This document shows positions 10,852 through 20,398 of a stretch of DNA of 64,000 bases, one piece after another. Made by a program: the position numbers and the translations under genes. The stretch comes from Candidatus Amesbacteria bacterium (lineage in GTDB: Bacteria; Patescibacteriota; Microgenomatia; CAZETR01; Amesbacteraceae), in contig CAVTQH010000003.1 in assembly GCA_963736875.1 (NCBI GenBank), positions 1,756 to 65,755 on the forward strand, read 5' to 3'. The first letter of the stretch is position 1; each line of letters starts with the position of its first letter. The notes below the pieces were generated by a model. That model worked only from the letters and a program-made list of their open reading frames with translations, made no database searches and was not told where the DNA came from.

Positions 10852-11025
10852 TTATTTTCCGATGGCGTCCCGAAACATCTGACCGATGAAACGGACAATT
10901 CCGAAAATACCAAACATAATCATCTGAACCAGGCGGCCGACATAGAAAGGGGCGCGTTTGGCTATCGCTGTATAGATTTTTTCATACCAGCGGGGCTGGT
11001 ATTCGGGAGAACCATATACGGCCAT
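10852..11025 (-). CDS. Small (57-aa) predicted membrane protein. It is not in the ORF track because it is under 60 aa.
   Basis: Manual translation gives MAVYGSPEYQPRWYEKIYTAIAKRAPFYVGRLVQMIMFGIFGIVRFIGQMFRDAIGK*, with a hydrophobic helix. It lies in a gap between annotated genes, antisense to the spurious + ORF 10714..11040. Confidence 0.3.
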   Translation of the reverse strand: MAVYGSPEYQPRWYEKIYTAIAKRAPFYVGRLVQMIMFGIFGIVRFIGQMFRDAIGK

Positions 11026-11048
11026 GGATTGATTATATAATAGAAGGG

Positions 11049-11603
11049 ATGAGAAAAACTGTAATCTGGATGGGGTTGGGGATACTGGCGGCGGCGGGGG
11101 TGTTTCTGACTATTGCCGATTACCGACAGTGGAAACACGCGGAACTGGACCGATACGGGCAGGGACCGGGTGATCTGCAAAAACCGGCGATGAAACTTAC
11201 CGAGATGTATCAGAGTAAGATTCCGGGGATCAGACTCCGGCTTCCCCAAGGGTGGAAAGTAAAAGAAGAGGCGGGGATGATAGATGTGGCGGGGATGATG
11301 ACGGTGACGATTTCCGCGTCGAACGAAAACCTGACGGATCTGGTGAATAAGGAGATAGTCAAAATGATTGCCGCGGGGGTGAAACTGACCTGGGAAAGGG
11401 AGTATACCAATACGGAAAAAATGGATATGACGGTAATCACCTGGAGTGAAGAACTACCCGGAGGGACGGCTGTCAGGCATCAGAAAGTGATGGGGAAGAT
11501 GAGAGACCGGCTGATGGATATGGTGGTCAGCGTGCCGGAGGAGAAGTGGGGGGAATATGAGAAGACTTTTTGGGAAATATACAGAAATGTCGAGATGATT
11601 TAA
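11049..11603 (+). CDS. Hypothetical protein with an N-terminal TM anchor and a PsbP-like/DUF-type extracytoplasmic domain.
   Basis: MRKTVIWMGLGILAAAGVFLTIADY.. then a soluble domain. Weak resemblance (RLRLPQGWKVKEE) to the repeat units of the secreted protein at 20382-21957. Confidence 0.4.
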   Translation: MRKTVIWMGLGILAAAGVFLTIADYRQWKHAELDRYGQGPGDLQKPAMKLTEMYQSKIPGIRLRLPQGWKVKEEAGMIDVAGMMTVTISASNENLTDLVNKEIVKMIAAGVKLTWEREYTNTEKMDMTVITWSEELPGGTAVRHQKVMGKMRDRLMDMVVSVPEEKWGEYEKTFWEIYRNVEMI

Positions 11604-11658
11604 ATATAAGCAGTGCATTATCATTGCACTCATTAAAGGATGTGTTTAAACTGGAAGT

Positions 11659-12306
11659 GTGATAGTAGTTAACTTTAAAACTTACAAAGAGACGACGGGG
11701 TACAGGGCGGTTAATCTGGCCAGGATCTGCAAGCGGGTGATGGAGGATACCGGGATAAGAATTATTGCGGTACCGCAGATAGCGGATCTGAGAAATTGCG
11801 TGGAGACCGGAGCAGAGTGCTGGGTGCAGCATATAGACCCTGTGGAACAGGGGAAGAACACGGGGTGGACTACGGTAGAGGAAGTGGAAGAAGCGGGAGC
11901 TTTGGGAACGCTTCTGAACCACTCGGAACATAAACTTACTTGGGAGACTTTGACCAAAACCATGTCGCTTATTGCCGGAATGGCGTTTCAGGCGTGTATT
12001 TGTGCGGCGGATCCGGCTGAAGCGGTGAAAGCTTCCGAACTGAAACCCAACTATATTGCCTATGAGCCTCCGGAACTGGTGGGAAGCACCGACAAATCGG
12101 TATCTTCGGAAAAGCCGGAAATAATCGAAGAGGTGGTGAAGGCGGTAACTTATCCGGTCCTGGTGGGGGCGGGAATACACAGTATTGAGGATGTAAGGAC
12201 GGCAGTACGGCTTGGAGCCAAGGGAATATTAGTCGCGACGGATGTGGTGCTGGCGGAGGGGCAGGAGAAGGAATTGAGGATTCTTGCCGAAGGATTTAAA
12301 TCCTAA
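11659..12306 (+). CDS. tpiA: Triosephosphate isomerase, short archaeal/CPR type.
   Basis: 215-aa protein. NFKTYKE N-terminus, LLNHSEHKL (catalytic His/Glu region), YEPPELVGS and LVGAGI segments typical of archaeal-type TIM. Confidence 0.75.
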   Translation: MIVVNFKTYKETTGYRAVNLARICKRVMEDTGIRIIAVPQIADLRNCVETGAECWVQHIDPVEQGKNTGWTTVEEVEEAGALGTLLNHSEHKLTWETLTKTMSLIAGMAFQACICAADPAEAVKASELKPNYIAYEPPELVGSTDKSVSSEKPEIIEEVVKAVTYPVLVGAGIHSIEDVRTAVRLGAKGILVATDVVLAEGQEKELRILAEGFKS

Positions 12307-12346
12307 TCGTTTGGTTTTTTTGATATACTTAAGGCGGTATAAGAAA

Positions 12347-12808
12347 ATGATTTATATTGCCGCCGACCACCGGGGATTTGAGCTTAAGGCCAGAATAAAT
12401 GACTGGCTGAAGGGTCGCGGATATGAATTTGAGGATCTGGGGGCTTATGAATATAAACAGGAAGATGATTTTGTAGATTATGCGATTGACGTAGCCCAGC
12501 GGGTAGCTTTGGATCCGGATAAAAACCGGGGAATTCTAGTCTGTAAAAGCGGGGTGGGGATGAATATTGCGGCGGATAAAGTAAGGGGTATCAGGTGCGG
12601 GTTGGGTTTTGCTCCGGACCAGGTGCATTCTGCCAGAAAAGACGACAATATAAATGTACTGGCACTGGCTGCGGATAATACCGATGAGATTCAGGCCTGG
12701 GAATTGGTGGAGAAATTCCTGGAAACGGAGTTTGTGAAATCGGAGAATTATTTGCGAAGAATTGAGAAAATATCCCGGTATGAAAGGGAACTTGCCCACG
12801 GTAAGTGA
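12347..12808 (+). CDS. rpiB: Ribose-5-phosphate isomerase B (RpiB/LacAB family).
   Basis: MIYIAADHRGFELK.., GILVCKSGVGMNIAADKV.. are hallmark RpiB motifs. AAGGCGG RBS 10 nt upstream of ATG 12347. Confidence 0.85.
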   Translation: MIYIAADHRGFELKARINDWLKGRGYEFEDLGAYEYKQEDDFVDYAIDVAQRVALDPDKNRGILVCKSGVGMNIAADKVRGIRCGLGFAPDQVHSARKDDNINVLALAADNTDEIQAWELVEKFLETEFVKSENYLRRIEKISRYERELAHGK

Positions 12809-13709
12809 AGCTGACGTAGCCGAGAAACGGGTACTGGTACGGGTGGATCTGGATATGCCCAACGGGCACAATCCCAGAATAAGGGCGACGGAGGAAATAA
12901 TCAGCTGGCTTTTGGAGAAAAAAGCCGCGTCAATCAAGGCTATCGGACACAAGGGGGATTATCTGGTTATCCATGATCTGAGGCAAAAATTTCCCAGTGT
13001 GGAATGGAGTGACAGACTGCGGGATGACGCCAGGGAAAAGGAAAACAACACAAACTATGCCCAGGAACTGGCGGGGGACTGCGAGGTGTATATAAATGAA
13101 GCGTTTGCGGTATCACACCGGGTGCATACCTCGATAGTGGCACTGCCCAAAATTGTTAGAGAGAGGGGCGGGAAAGTGTTTACGGGATTTCGGTTTGCGA
13201 AAGAAATTGCCAGCCTGGACCAGGTATGGACCCACCCGGGATGGAAAGTACTGGTGATCGGGGGGGCAAAAGCTGCGGATAAAGCGGAGTTGGCAATAAA
13301 GCTGGCTCCCAGACTGGACCGGGTGTTGGTAGGGGGACTGCTGCCCCAGGTGATGGAGGGAGCAACGGCAAATATTTATCCGGGAATATTAAGAGATGAC
13401 GAAAAAGATCTGACGGATGAAACAATCGCCGATTTTTGTAAACAGATCAGCGCAGCACGGATAATAATTTTGTCCGGGCCGATGGGCAGGTTTGAAGAGC
13501 CGGGATCGGAAAAGGGGACAAAAGAGATATTTACGGCAATTGCCGGATCCCTGGCTTATAAAGTGGCCGGCGGGGGAAATACCGAAGACGCGCTGGCAAA
13601 ATTCGGCCTCATTGAAAAGTTTGACTGGCTTTCCGTCGGCGGGGCGGCAATGCTTGAATATTTGGCAACCGGAACCTTACCGGCTATACAGGCTATAAAC
13701 CCGGTATGA
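12780..13709 (+). CDS. pgk: Phosphoglycerate kinase, unusually short (~310 aa); copy 1 of a tandem pair.
   Basis: KRVLVRVDLDMPNG (PGK N-term RVDFNVP-like), AFAVSHRVHTS (hinge AHRAH-like), KVLVIGGAKAADK, KVAGGGNTEDAL, SVGGAAMLEYLATGTLPAIQAI (C-terminal PGK signature). Confidence 0.75.
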   Translation: MKGNLPTVSEADVAEKRVLVRVDLDMPNGHNPRIRATEEIISWLLEKKAASIKAIGHKGDYLVIHDLRQKFPSVEWSDRLRDDAREKENNTNYAQELAGDCEVYINEAFAVSHRVHTSIVALPKIVRERGGKVFTGFRFAKEIASLDQVWTHPGWKVLVIGGAKAADKAELAIKLAPRLDRVLVGGLLPQVMEGATANIYPGILRDDEKDLTDETIADFCKQISAARIIILSGPMGRFEEPGSEKGTKEIFTAIAGSLAYKVAGGGNTEDALAKFGLIEKFDWLSVGGAAMLEYLATGTLPAIQAINPV

Positions 13710-14768
13710 AAGGAAATTTGCCCGGTTTGGAGAATATTAATGTTGAGGGTAAAAAAGTATTGGTGGTGGGGGCTTTTGATGTGGACGATGCGGATAATCC
13801 CCGGGCGGATTCGATCAGGGCGGTAGTGGAGTATTTAAGGACCAGGCAGGCTTTGAAAATAAGAGTGATCGGGCATTGTGAAACCGATTTTGATTTGGCA
13901 GGTCTGTTAAGACAAGAATTTGCGGGAGTGGAGTTTGACAGCACGAGTGAGAAAAGACCCCCGGGAGAAAGAAAACAATGAGGAGTATGCAAGACAGCTG
14001 GCTTCCGATTTTGAGGTTTATGTGAATGAGGATTTTGCCACTTCACACCGGAAGTACACTTCGTTTGCGGCACTGCCGCAATTTATGAAAAGCCAGGGGA
14101 GGGAAGTGTGTTTGGGAATGAGATTTGAGAAGGAGCTGGAAATGTTATCGACCGTGTGGAACCATGAGGGCAGAAGAATATTGGTAATCGGAGGAGTAAA
14201 AATTGATGACAAACAGAAGTTTGCGGAGGACATGAAGGAGAAATTTGCGGTGGTTTTGAAAGGCGGATTGTTGCCGGGGGCAAGATTAAGACCGGACGGA
14301 ATGGATATTACCGATGAAGCTATTGATGAATATGTAAAAGAGATTCAGAAGGCGGAAGTGATATTGGCGGCGGGAGTGATGGGAAAGTATGAAGATGCCG
14401 ATTGTGCCAAAGGAACCAAAGCGATTTTGGAGGCAATTGCAGATAATCCCCATGCTTATAAAGTGGCCGGGGGCGGGGATATTGAAATGGCGATTTCGAC
14501 TTACAAATTGACGGAGAAATTTAACTGGATTTCTGTCGGCGGGGGAGCAATGCTTGAGTATCTGGCGCGGGAACTGCCGGGGTTGGAAGCGGTGTCGGGT
14601 AGGGTTGCGGATTTAACACGAAGTGTAGGCCGTTCGGAGTTCGCAAATGCGTTTCTCGACTACCTGGTCACCCCGCCTGGCGGCGGGTTGCCTGGATCCA
14701 GCTGCGATACTATTTGCTGTAACTCCTGCACGGCCGCTATGGTGCAAAGGTTTGATCGCCACTATTAA
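13706..14768 (+). pseudogene. pgk: Phosphoglycerate kinase, tandem paralog copy 2. Frameshifted near 13930-13980 and lacking a stop codon before the downstream repeat.
   Basis: ORF 13706..13981 (MKGNLPGLENINVEGKKVLVV..) and ORF 13920..14768 (..REKENNEEYARQLASDFEVYVNEDFATSHRKYTS..KVAGGGDIEMAI..SVGGGAMLEYLARELPGL) align residue-for-residue with copy 1. The junction needs a 1-2 nt indel. The reading frame runs through the 14628-14729 repeat with no PGK-like stop. Confidence 0.65.
14628..14729. repeat. ~100-bp repeat, copy 2 (direct repeat of 10047-10132), with a 16-bp internal insertion.
   Basis: gccgttcggagttcgcaaatgcgtttctcgactacctggtca[ccccgcctggcggcggg]ttgcctggatccagctgcgatactatttgctgtaactcctgca. 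Confidence 0.8.
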
Positions 14769-15829
14769 GGTGGCGCATTTGGATTGGAGGATTGGCAGGC
14801 TGGCTTTGCGGATCGGACTTTTGAAGCACCACAATGAGATGGAATTTGTGGCGATCAATACTTCCGGATCGATGGAAACGGATGGCTGGTGCCACCTACT
14901 AAATCAGGATACGACTTACAGGAAGTTTGAGATTGAAGTAAAAGCCGTGAATGTAAAAAAAGCCAAAGAAGCGACTGATGAGGATCCTTTAATCGGATAT
15001 CTGGAAGTTACCGAGTATGGGACTTAAAATTCCCGTGTTGGCCCAGAAAGATCCGGAAAAACTGCCGTGGAGCAAATACGGGGTGGAAGTGGTGATGGAA
15101 TGCACGGGGAAATTTACGGATGAAGCAGGGGCTTTGAAGCATGCCAAAGCAGGAGCTAAAAAAGTGATTATTTCAGCTCCGGCTAAGGGAGGAAATGTAG
15201 GAACATTTGTGATGGGAGTAAACGAAGTGGACGGGGGACACCAGGTGATTTCCAATGCCAGCTGTACCACGAACTGCATTACTCCGGTGGCGGCGGTAAT
15301 CCACAAAAAATTCGGGATAGTAAAAGCCATGATGACGACAGTTCATGCTTATACAGATGACCAGGTGGTGCAGGACGGATCACACAAGGATCTGCGGCGG
15401 GCAAGAGCCGCCGCCGCCAATATTGTGCCGACTTCCACGGGAGCCGCGATTGCCACGACCGAAGTGATACCGGAATTGAAATCGATGTTTGACGGGATTG
15501 CATTAAGAGTGCCGGTTTTGACCGGATCAATTACGGATTTTGTGTTTGTAACATCCCGTAAAGTTACCCGGGAGGAAGTGAACGAGGCATTAAAAGAGGC
15601 GACACAAAGCCCGATATACAGGGGTATTTTGGGGATGTCGGGAGTGGACGGGGTGCCGGAACATCTGGTTTCCTCCGATATTATCGGAAGTAACTACAGC
15701 GCTGTCGTAGACCCCGAATTTACCCAGGTAATTGACGGGGATCTGGTGAAAGTACTGGCCTGGTATGATAACGAATGGGGGTATACGAACCGGCTGGTGG
15801 AGCAGGCGATAAGATTTGGATTAGAATAA
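14752..15829 (+). CDS. gap: Glyceraldehyde-3-phosphate dehydrogenase, type I, with an apparent +1 frameshift near 15015-15025.
   Basis: N-part (ORF 14647..15027) reads KVAHLDWRIGRLALR..EFVAINTS..(GFGRIGR-like). C-part (ORF 15017..15829) has SNASCTTNCITPVAAVIHKKFGIVKAMMTTVHAYT, the catalytic Cys peptide. Start is a probable TTG/GTG near 14752-14770. Confidence 0.75.
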
Positions 15830-15833
15830 GGTG

Positions 15834-16422
15834 ATGGAAATAGTGCCGGCGATATTAACGGGTAACAAACGGGAATTGGAGGAGTGGCTCCAAAGACTTA
15901 AAGAGATTAGAAAATTTGAACGGGTGCAGATTGATTTTGTAGACGGGGAATATGCGAATAATTTAACGATCAGACCAGCGGATGTGGATCTGCTGCCGTA
16001 TTTACCGATGCTTTTTGATGCGCATCTGATGGTGACTGAAAAAAATATTTCCGTCTGGAGCGGGGAAGCTGTCAAAGTCGGATTTGACCGGGTAATTGCC
16101 CAGATGGAAAGTATATCAGATCCGGAAAATTTTAAAGGACTGGCAATGGATGTGCACTCTCCGACGGAAGCGATTGAACCATACCTGCCGAAACTTGAAG
16201 CGGTGATGGTGATGGCAGTGGAGCCGGGTTTTTCAGGTCAGGAATTTGATGAACCTGGCGATTGAACATTTGAAGAAACTGACAGAGTACAGGAAAAAAT
16301 ACGATCTGAAGTACAAAATATGTATTGACGGGGGAGTAGATGATATTCACCTGCCGTTTTTGGAAAAATGGGGGGCAGATGAGGTGGCGGTGGGAGTGAG
16401 GCGGGTGTTAGAATGGCTGTAA
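15834..16422 (+). CDS. rpe: Ribulose-phosphate 3-epimerase, with an apparent frameshift near 16255.
   Basis: ORF 15831..16265 reads IVPAILTGNK..HLMV..AVEPGFSGQEF. The next frame continues ..ICIDGGVDDIHLPFLEKWGADEVAVG (Rpe C-terminal IxVDGG motif). Confidence 0.7.
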
Positions 16423-17048
16423 TGCCCAACGGAAATATCGAAGAGAGACTGATCAGGACGGTAACTTGTTTAGGATTTGCGGACGCCCATTCCCAGGATA
16501 ATCTGTACCGGGAAGCATATGCCGTGGGTAAAGCCCTGGCCAGTGCCGGTTATATCATAGCCAACGGCGGCGGTCCGGGAGTGATGAAAGCGACGACTGA
16601 AGGGGCGAAATCGGCGGGAGGACATGTGGTGGGGGTGACATTTTATCCCAAAGACGTATCCAATTTTGAAGGCCGGGATAAGACAAACAGGATTGATGAG
16701 GAAATAAAAACGGAACATTATCTGGAAAGGACTCTGAAACTTCTGGAAGTGGGGCAGGCATATGTGATATTTAAAGGCGGTACCGGGACTATTTCGGAAT
16801 TCGGGATGGCCTGGGGACTGGCCCGGCTGTATTTCGGACACCATAAACCGCTGATTCTGTACGGCAAGTTTTGGGAAAACATCATGGCCGCTTTTATGTC
16901 CAACATGCGGATGCGGCCGGAGGAATTTCAGGTATACCGGGTGGTGGACAGTCCGGAAGAAGTAGTTAAATCACTGGAGCTGTTTGAAGTGATGCTTAGG
17001 CATAACCAGCATGCGGTCAGTCCGCAGGAAAAACCGTTCCAGCTATGA
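16413..17048 (+). CDS. LOG family protein (cytokinin riboside 5'-monophosphate phosphoribohydrolase-like; TIGR00730 Rossmann-fold nucleotide-binding).
   Basis: ANGGGPGVMKATTEGA and KGGTGTISE motifs (GGGxGxM..PGGxGTxxE). Confidence 0.7.
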   Translation: MAVMPNGNIEERLIRTVTCLGFADAHSQDNLYREAYAVGKALASAGYIIANGGGPGVMKATTEGAKSAGGHVVGVTFYPKDVSNFEGRDKTNRIDEEIKTEHYLERTLKLLEVGQAYVIFKGGTGTISEFGMAWGLARLYFGHHKPLILYGKFWENIMAAFMSNMRMRPEEFQVYRVVDSPEEVVKSLELFEVMLRHNQHAVSPQEKPFQL

Positions 17049-17900
17049 GCCTTAATGAAGAACAGATTCAAAAAATTGAGCTGAAAGCGGATGAGATCAG
17101 GAAAGACATTATTAAAATGCTTTTAGCAGCCGGATCCGGACATGCGGCCGGGGCATTGGGGATGGCGGATGTGTTTGCCACGCTTTATTTTTCGGGAATT
17201 CTGAACTGGGATCCGGATAATCCATGGAAAGAAGACCGGGACAGGGTAATACTTTCAAACGGGCATATTTGTCCGGTCTGGTATGCGACCTTTGGCTCAT
17301 ACAGGGGCATTTTCACACCAGGAGCTGGATACTTTGCGAAAATTGGGCAGTAAACTTCAGGGACACCCGCATTACAAAGACCTGCCGGGAATTGAAAACA
17401 GCGGCGGGCCTTTGGGTCAGGGAATATCACAGGCGGTGGGACAGGCGCTGGCGGCAAGAATAGATATGGCCAGATACAGAGTATATTGTCTGATGTCTGA
17501 TGCGGAGCTGCAGGAAGGACAGACATGGGAAGCGCTCCAGTTTGCCGGGAATAACCGGCTGCGCCATTTAACTGTTTTAATTGACAGAAATAATATTCAG
17601 ATTGACGGATATACGGAACAGGTAATGCCGGTGGAACCGGTTTTGAATAAACTGATGGCTTTTAACTGGTTTGTGCTGGAAGTGAACGGAAATCATGTCA
17701 GGGAAATTTATGAGGGACTGGAGCGGGCAAAAGCCATCAGGGAGCGGCCGACGGCAATTATTGCCCACACCATACCCGGTAAGGGAGTGGAATTTATGGA
17801 AGGAAATTATAAGTGGCACGGAATTCCGCCGAACAAAGAGCAGGCGGTTGAGGCTTTGAAACAATTGAGATCTTTATGGGGAAAAATAAGTATGGAGTGA
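17045..17900 (+). CDS. tkt: Transketolase N-terminal subunit (split transketolase). Apparent +1 frameshift at ~17292-17296 (an extra T in a T-run).
   Basis: ORF 17045..17353 has ..AGSGHAAGALGMADVFATLYF..ILSNGHICPVWYAT. ORF 17283..17900 continues ..LAHTGAFSHQELDTLRKLGSKLQGHPH..GPLGQGIS... Deleting one T from gacctttggctc restores WYATLAHTGAF. Confidence 0.8.
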
Positions 17901-17901
17901 A

Positions 17902-19410
17902 TCAGATCCGGGATTTGTAGTATTGGATGACATTATCGATGGAGAGAATTTTACCGGAACAGCCGGTTTTTAAAGTGTAGATGGTGTTGTAGTCATCGTT
18001 TTCAGAATTGGTGACAGTAGCCCACGGAGTATAGAAGCGGTGCAAGCCGCCCTGTTCCTGGTGGCGGGCGACATAAAAGACGGGGACGGAAGCGGTCAGG
18101 CAATCATATTCATCCAGAGGGATATCCACGACATGATCGTCCAGGTAACCTAATATGGTATCCGGGCGGCGGCGCAGGTAATTGAAAACAGCCTGTTCGG
18201 GATTGCCGGCGTTGGCGGCAACACAGACGTAAACCGGTGAATCCGGAAGGTGATTCTGCAGATATTTTACGGTTGCCATAGCCTGGTAGCCGGTGTCGCG
18301 GCCTTGAAAGTAGCCGATTATTTGGGAATGGCGGGTAACCAGGGAAATGAGGCGAAAATAGGCAGGGGGATGGATGATCAGAGAGATGGTGAGAACAAGT
18401 GAGGGAATAATCACCAGAGGGAGAAGTTTTATATGTCCGGAAAGCCAGCGGGCGCAAAAGATAAGAAGCGGCGGAAGGTAGGGAGCAAGATATCGGGGTG
18501 TGGGATTTCGAACCAGAAGAGTGGTAATAATTAAAGTCAGAATGGTCCATAATGCAACCACCGGTATTTTTTTGCGGCTGAATATTAAAACGGCAAAAAT
18601 TAAGGGATTAAAATACCAAAAAATAATTTCCATATGAGCCAACAGGTTTCTGATCCAGGTTAATACCGGGAATCCCAGAAGTTCTCTCACAGTAAAGGTA
18701 AAATCCGAGACGTTATGAATGGTTATCCAGAAGGTTTCCTGGAATAATACCGGGGACATAACCAATAAGATACAGGTAAGTGTGAGAAGGGTATGGGTGA
18801 GCAGGAGATAGCGGGTGCGGGAATTTTTCCAGGCATTGTAGAAGATAATCAGGAAGGCGGCGGGAATAAAAATCAATCCATTGGCTTTGACCAGGCAACC
18901 CAGTCCCAAAGTTATTCCCAGCCAAAGCGACCGGTATACTCCCGGTTTTTCCAGATACCGGCAGAGAAAATAACAGGACCAGACCCCTGCGGCCATAAGA
19001 GCACTTTCCATAAGTGCCTGGCGGTCAAAAAAGATAAAAATCGGAATCACAATATAAAGAAGGCAGGAAATGACTGCAGTCCGGAAATCAACCATGGATT
19101 TGGCTAAACGGTACAGGCCGAAAAAAGCCAGCCAGCCGGTCAGAACACCGACCAGACGTCCTGCTAAAAGGGGATCAGAAAACAGAAACTGGAATATACC
19201 AAAAAACCACATGATAAGGGGCATTTTGTAGAAGGACAAAGGGAAGAAAAACAGACCGGGAATGTTGACAGTGCGCCAGCCCCAGTCGATAAATGTCGAT
19301 TCATCAATGAAGACGGGCAGGAGAGTGAGATTCGGAAGCCGGGTGATAAAAAAAAGCAGGGAGAGAGAGACAAAGGGATGAAGGCGGACGAATTTTTTCA
19401 GAGTATGCAC
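17902..19410 (-). CDS. Family 39/83 glycosyltransferase (ArnT/PMT-like dolichyl- or undecaprenyl-phosphate-sugar:protein/lipid transferase), multi-TM.
   Basis: TM-rich ~500-aa protein: ..[54 protein letters not shown]... The ORF-track extension to 19728 covers low-complexity sequence antisense to tktC. The likely start is the GTG at 19410 ([13 protein letters not shown]..). Confidence 0.6.
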   Translation of the reverse strand: MHTLKKFVRLHPFVSLSLLFFITRLPNLTLLPVFIDESTFIDWGWRTVNIPGLFFFPLSFYKMPLIMWFFGIFQFLFSDPLLAGRLVGVLTGWLAFFGLYRLAKSMVDFRTAVISCLLYIVIPIFIFFDRQALMESALMAAGVWSCYFLCRYLEKPGVYRSLWLGITLGLGCLVKANGLIFIPAAFLIIFYNAWKNSRTRYLLLTHTLLTLTCILLVMSPVLFQETFWITIHNVSDFTFTVRELLGFPVLTWIRNLLAHMEIIFWYFNPLIFAVLIFSRKKIPVVALWTILTLIITTLLVRNPTPRYLAPYLPPLLIFCARWLSGHIKLLPLVIIPSLVLTISLIIHPPAYFRLISLVTRHSQIIGYFQGRDTGYQAMATVKYLQNHLPDSPVYVCVAANAGNPEQAVFNYLRRRPDTILGYLDDHVVDIPLDEYDCLTASVPVFYVARHQEQGGLHRFYTPWATVTNSENDDYNTIYTLKTGCSGKILSIDNVIQYYKSRI

Positions 19411-19429
19411 AGTGTTATTATATTTGATA

Positions 19430-20398
19430 ATGGATGAAAAGAATTTACTGGCGACCAGGGACGGGTGGGGGGATGCGCTGGTGGAATTGGGGAAGACGGA
19501 TAAACGGGTGGTGGTATTGACTGCCGATCTGAAAGAATCGACCAGAGTGGAAAGATTTGCCGGGGTTTTTCCCGAAAGGTTTGTGGAGTGCGGGGTGGCG
19601 GAGCAGAATATGATGGGGATTGCGGCGGGGCTTGGCGGCTTCCGGAAAAATCCCGTTTGTGTCCTCATATGCGGTATTTTCCCCGGGAAGAAACTGGGAT
19701 CAGTTACGGGTGTCGGTGTGTTATTCAAATTTACCGGTTGTTAGTCGGAGGGCATCATACCGGGGTGTCGGTGGGACCGGACGGGGCGACACACCAGGGG
19801 CTGGAAGATATTGCCATTACCCGGGTGCTGCCGAATATGACGGTGGTGGTACCGGCAGATTATGAAGCAGACGAGGAAAGCGGTGAAAGCGGCGGTTGAT
19901 GCGGGCGGACCGGTATATATCAGACTGACAAAGGAAAAGACGCCGGTCGATGACAAAAAAAGAAAGCAGGTTTGAAATCGGGAAAGCGGAAGTAGATTTG
20001 GGATATCGCAAGGTTCGGACAACCGCCGCAGGCGGCGATTATCGGGTGCGGACCGATTTTATATGAATGCCTCTTGGCAGCAAAAGAGCTGGAAAGCGAG
20101 GGGATAGGGGTAAAAGTGGTAAATAATCACACGGTAAAGCCAATGGATGAAGAAACAATTATCGGTAGTGGCCCGTGAATGCGGAGCAGTGGTGACGGCA
20201 GAGGATCATCAGATTGCGGGGGGAATGGGATCAGCTGTCGCCGAATTTCTGATTTCCAATTACCCGATTCCTATGGAATTTGTGGGGGTAAAGAACAGTT
20301 TCGGAGAATCGGGAACACCGGATGAACTGGCGGAAAAGTACGGATTGAAAGCCAAGGACATTGTCCTAGCAGTGAAGAAGGTTATGGGTAGGAAATAG
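19430..20398 (+). CDS. tkt: Transketolase C-terminal subunit, fragmented by at least 2 apparent frameshifts.
   Basis: [68 protein letters not shown] (ORF 19412..19744); ..[38 protein letters not shown] (ORF 19588..19899); C-term ..[37 protein letters not shown] (ORF 20147..20398). Confidence 0.75.

Noticed and set aside
17902-19728. The N-terminal ~107 aa of the 608-aa ORF (19411-19728) as part of the GT39 protein.
   Set aside because: This segment is Pro/Ser/Thr-rich with no TM character, and it is exactly antisense to the well-supported tktC N-terminus. The membrane protein most likely starts at the GTG at 19410.
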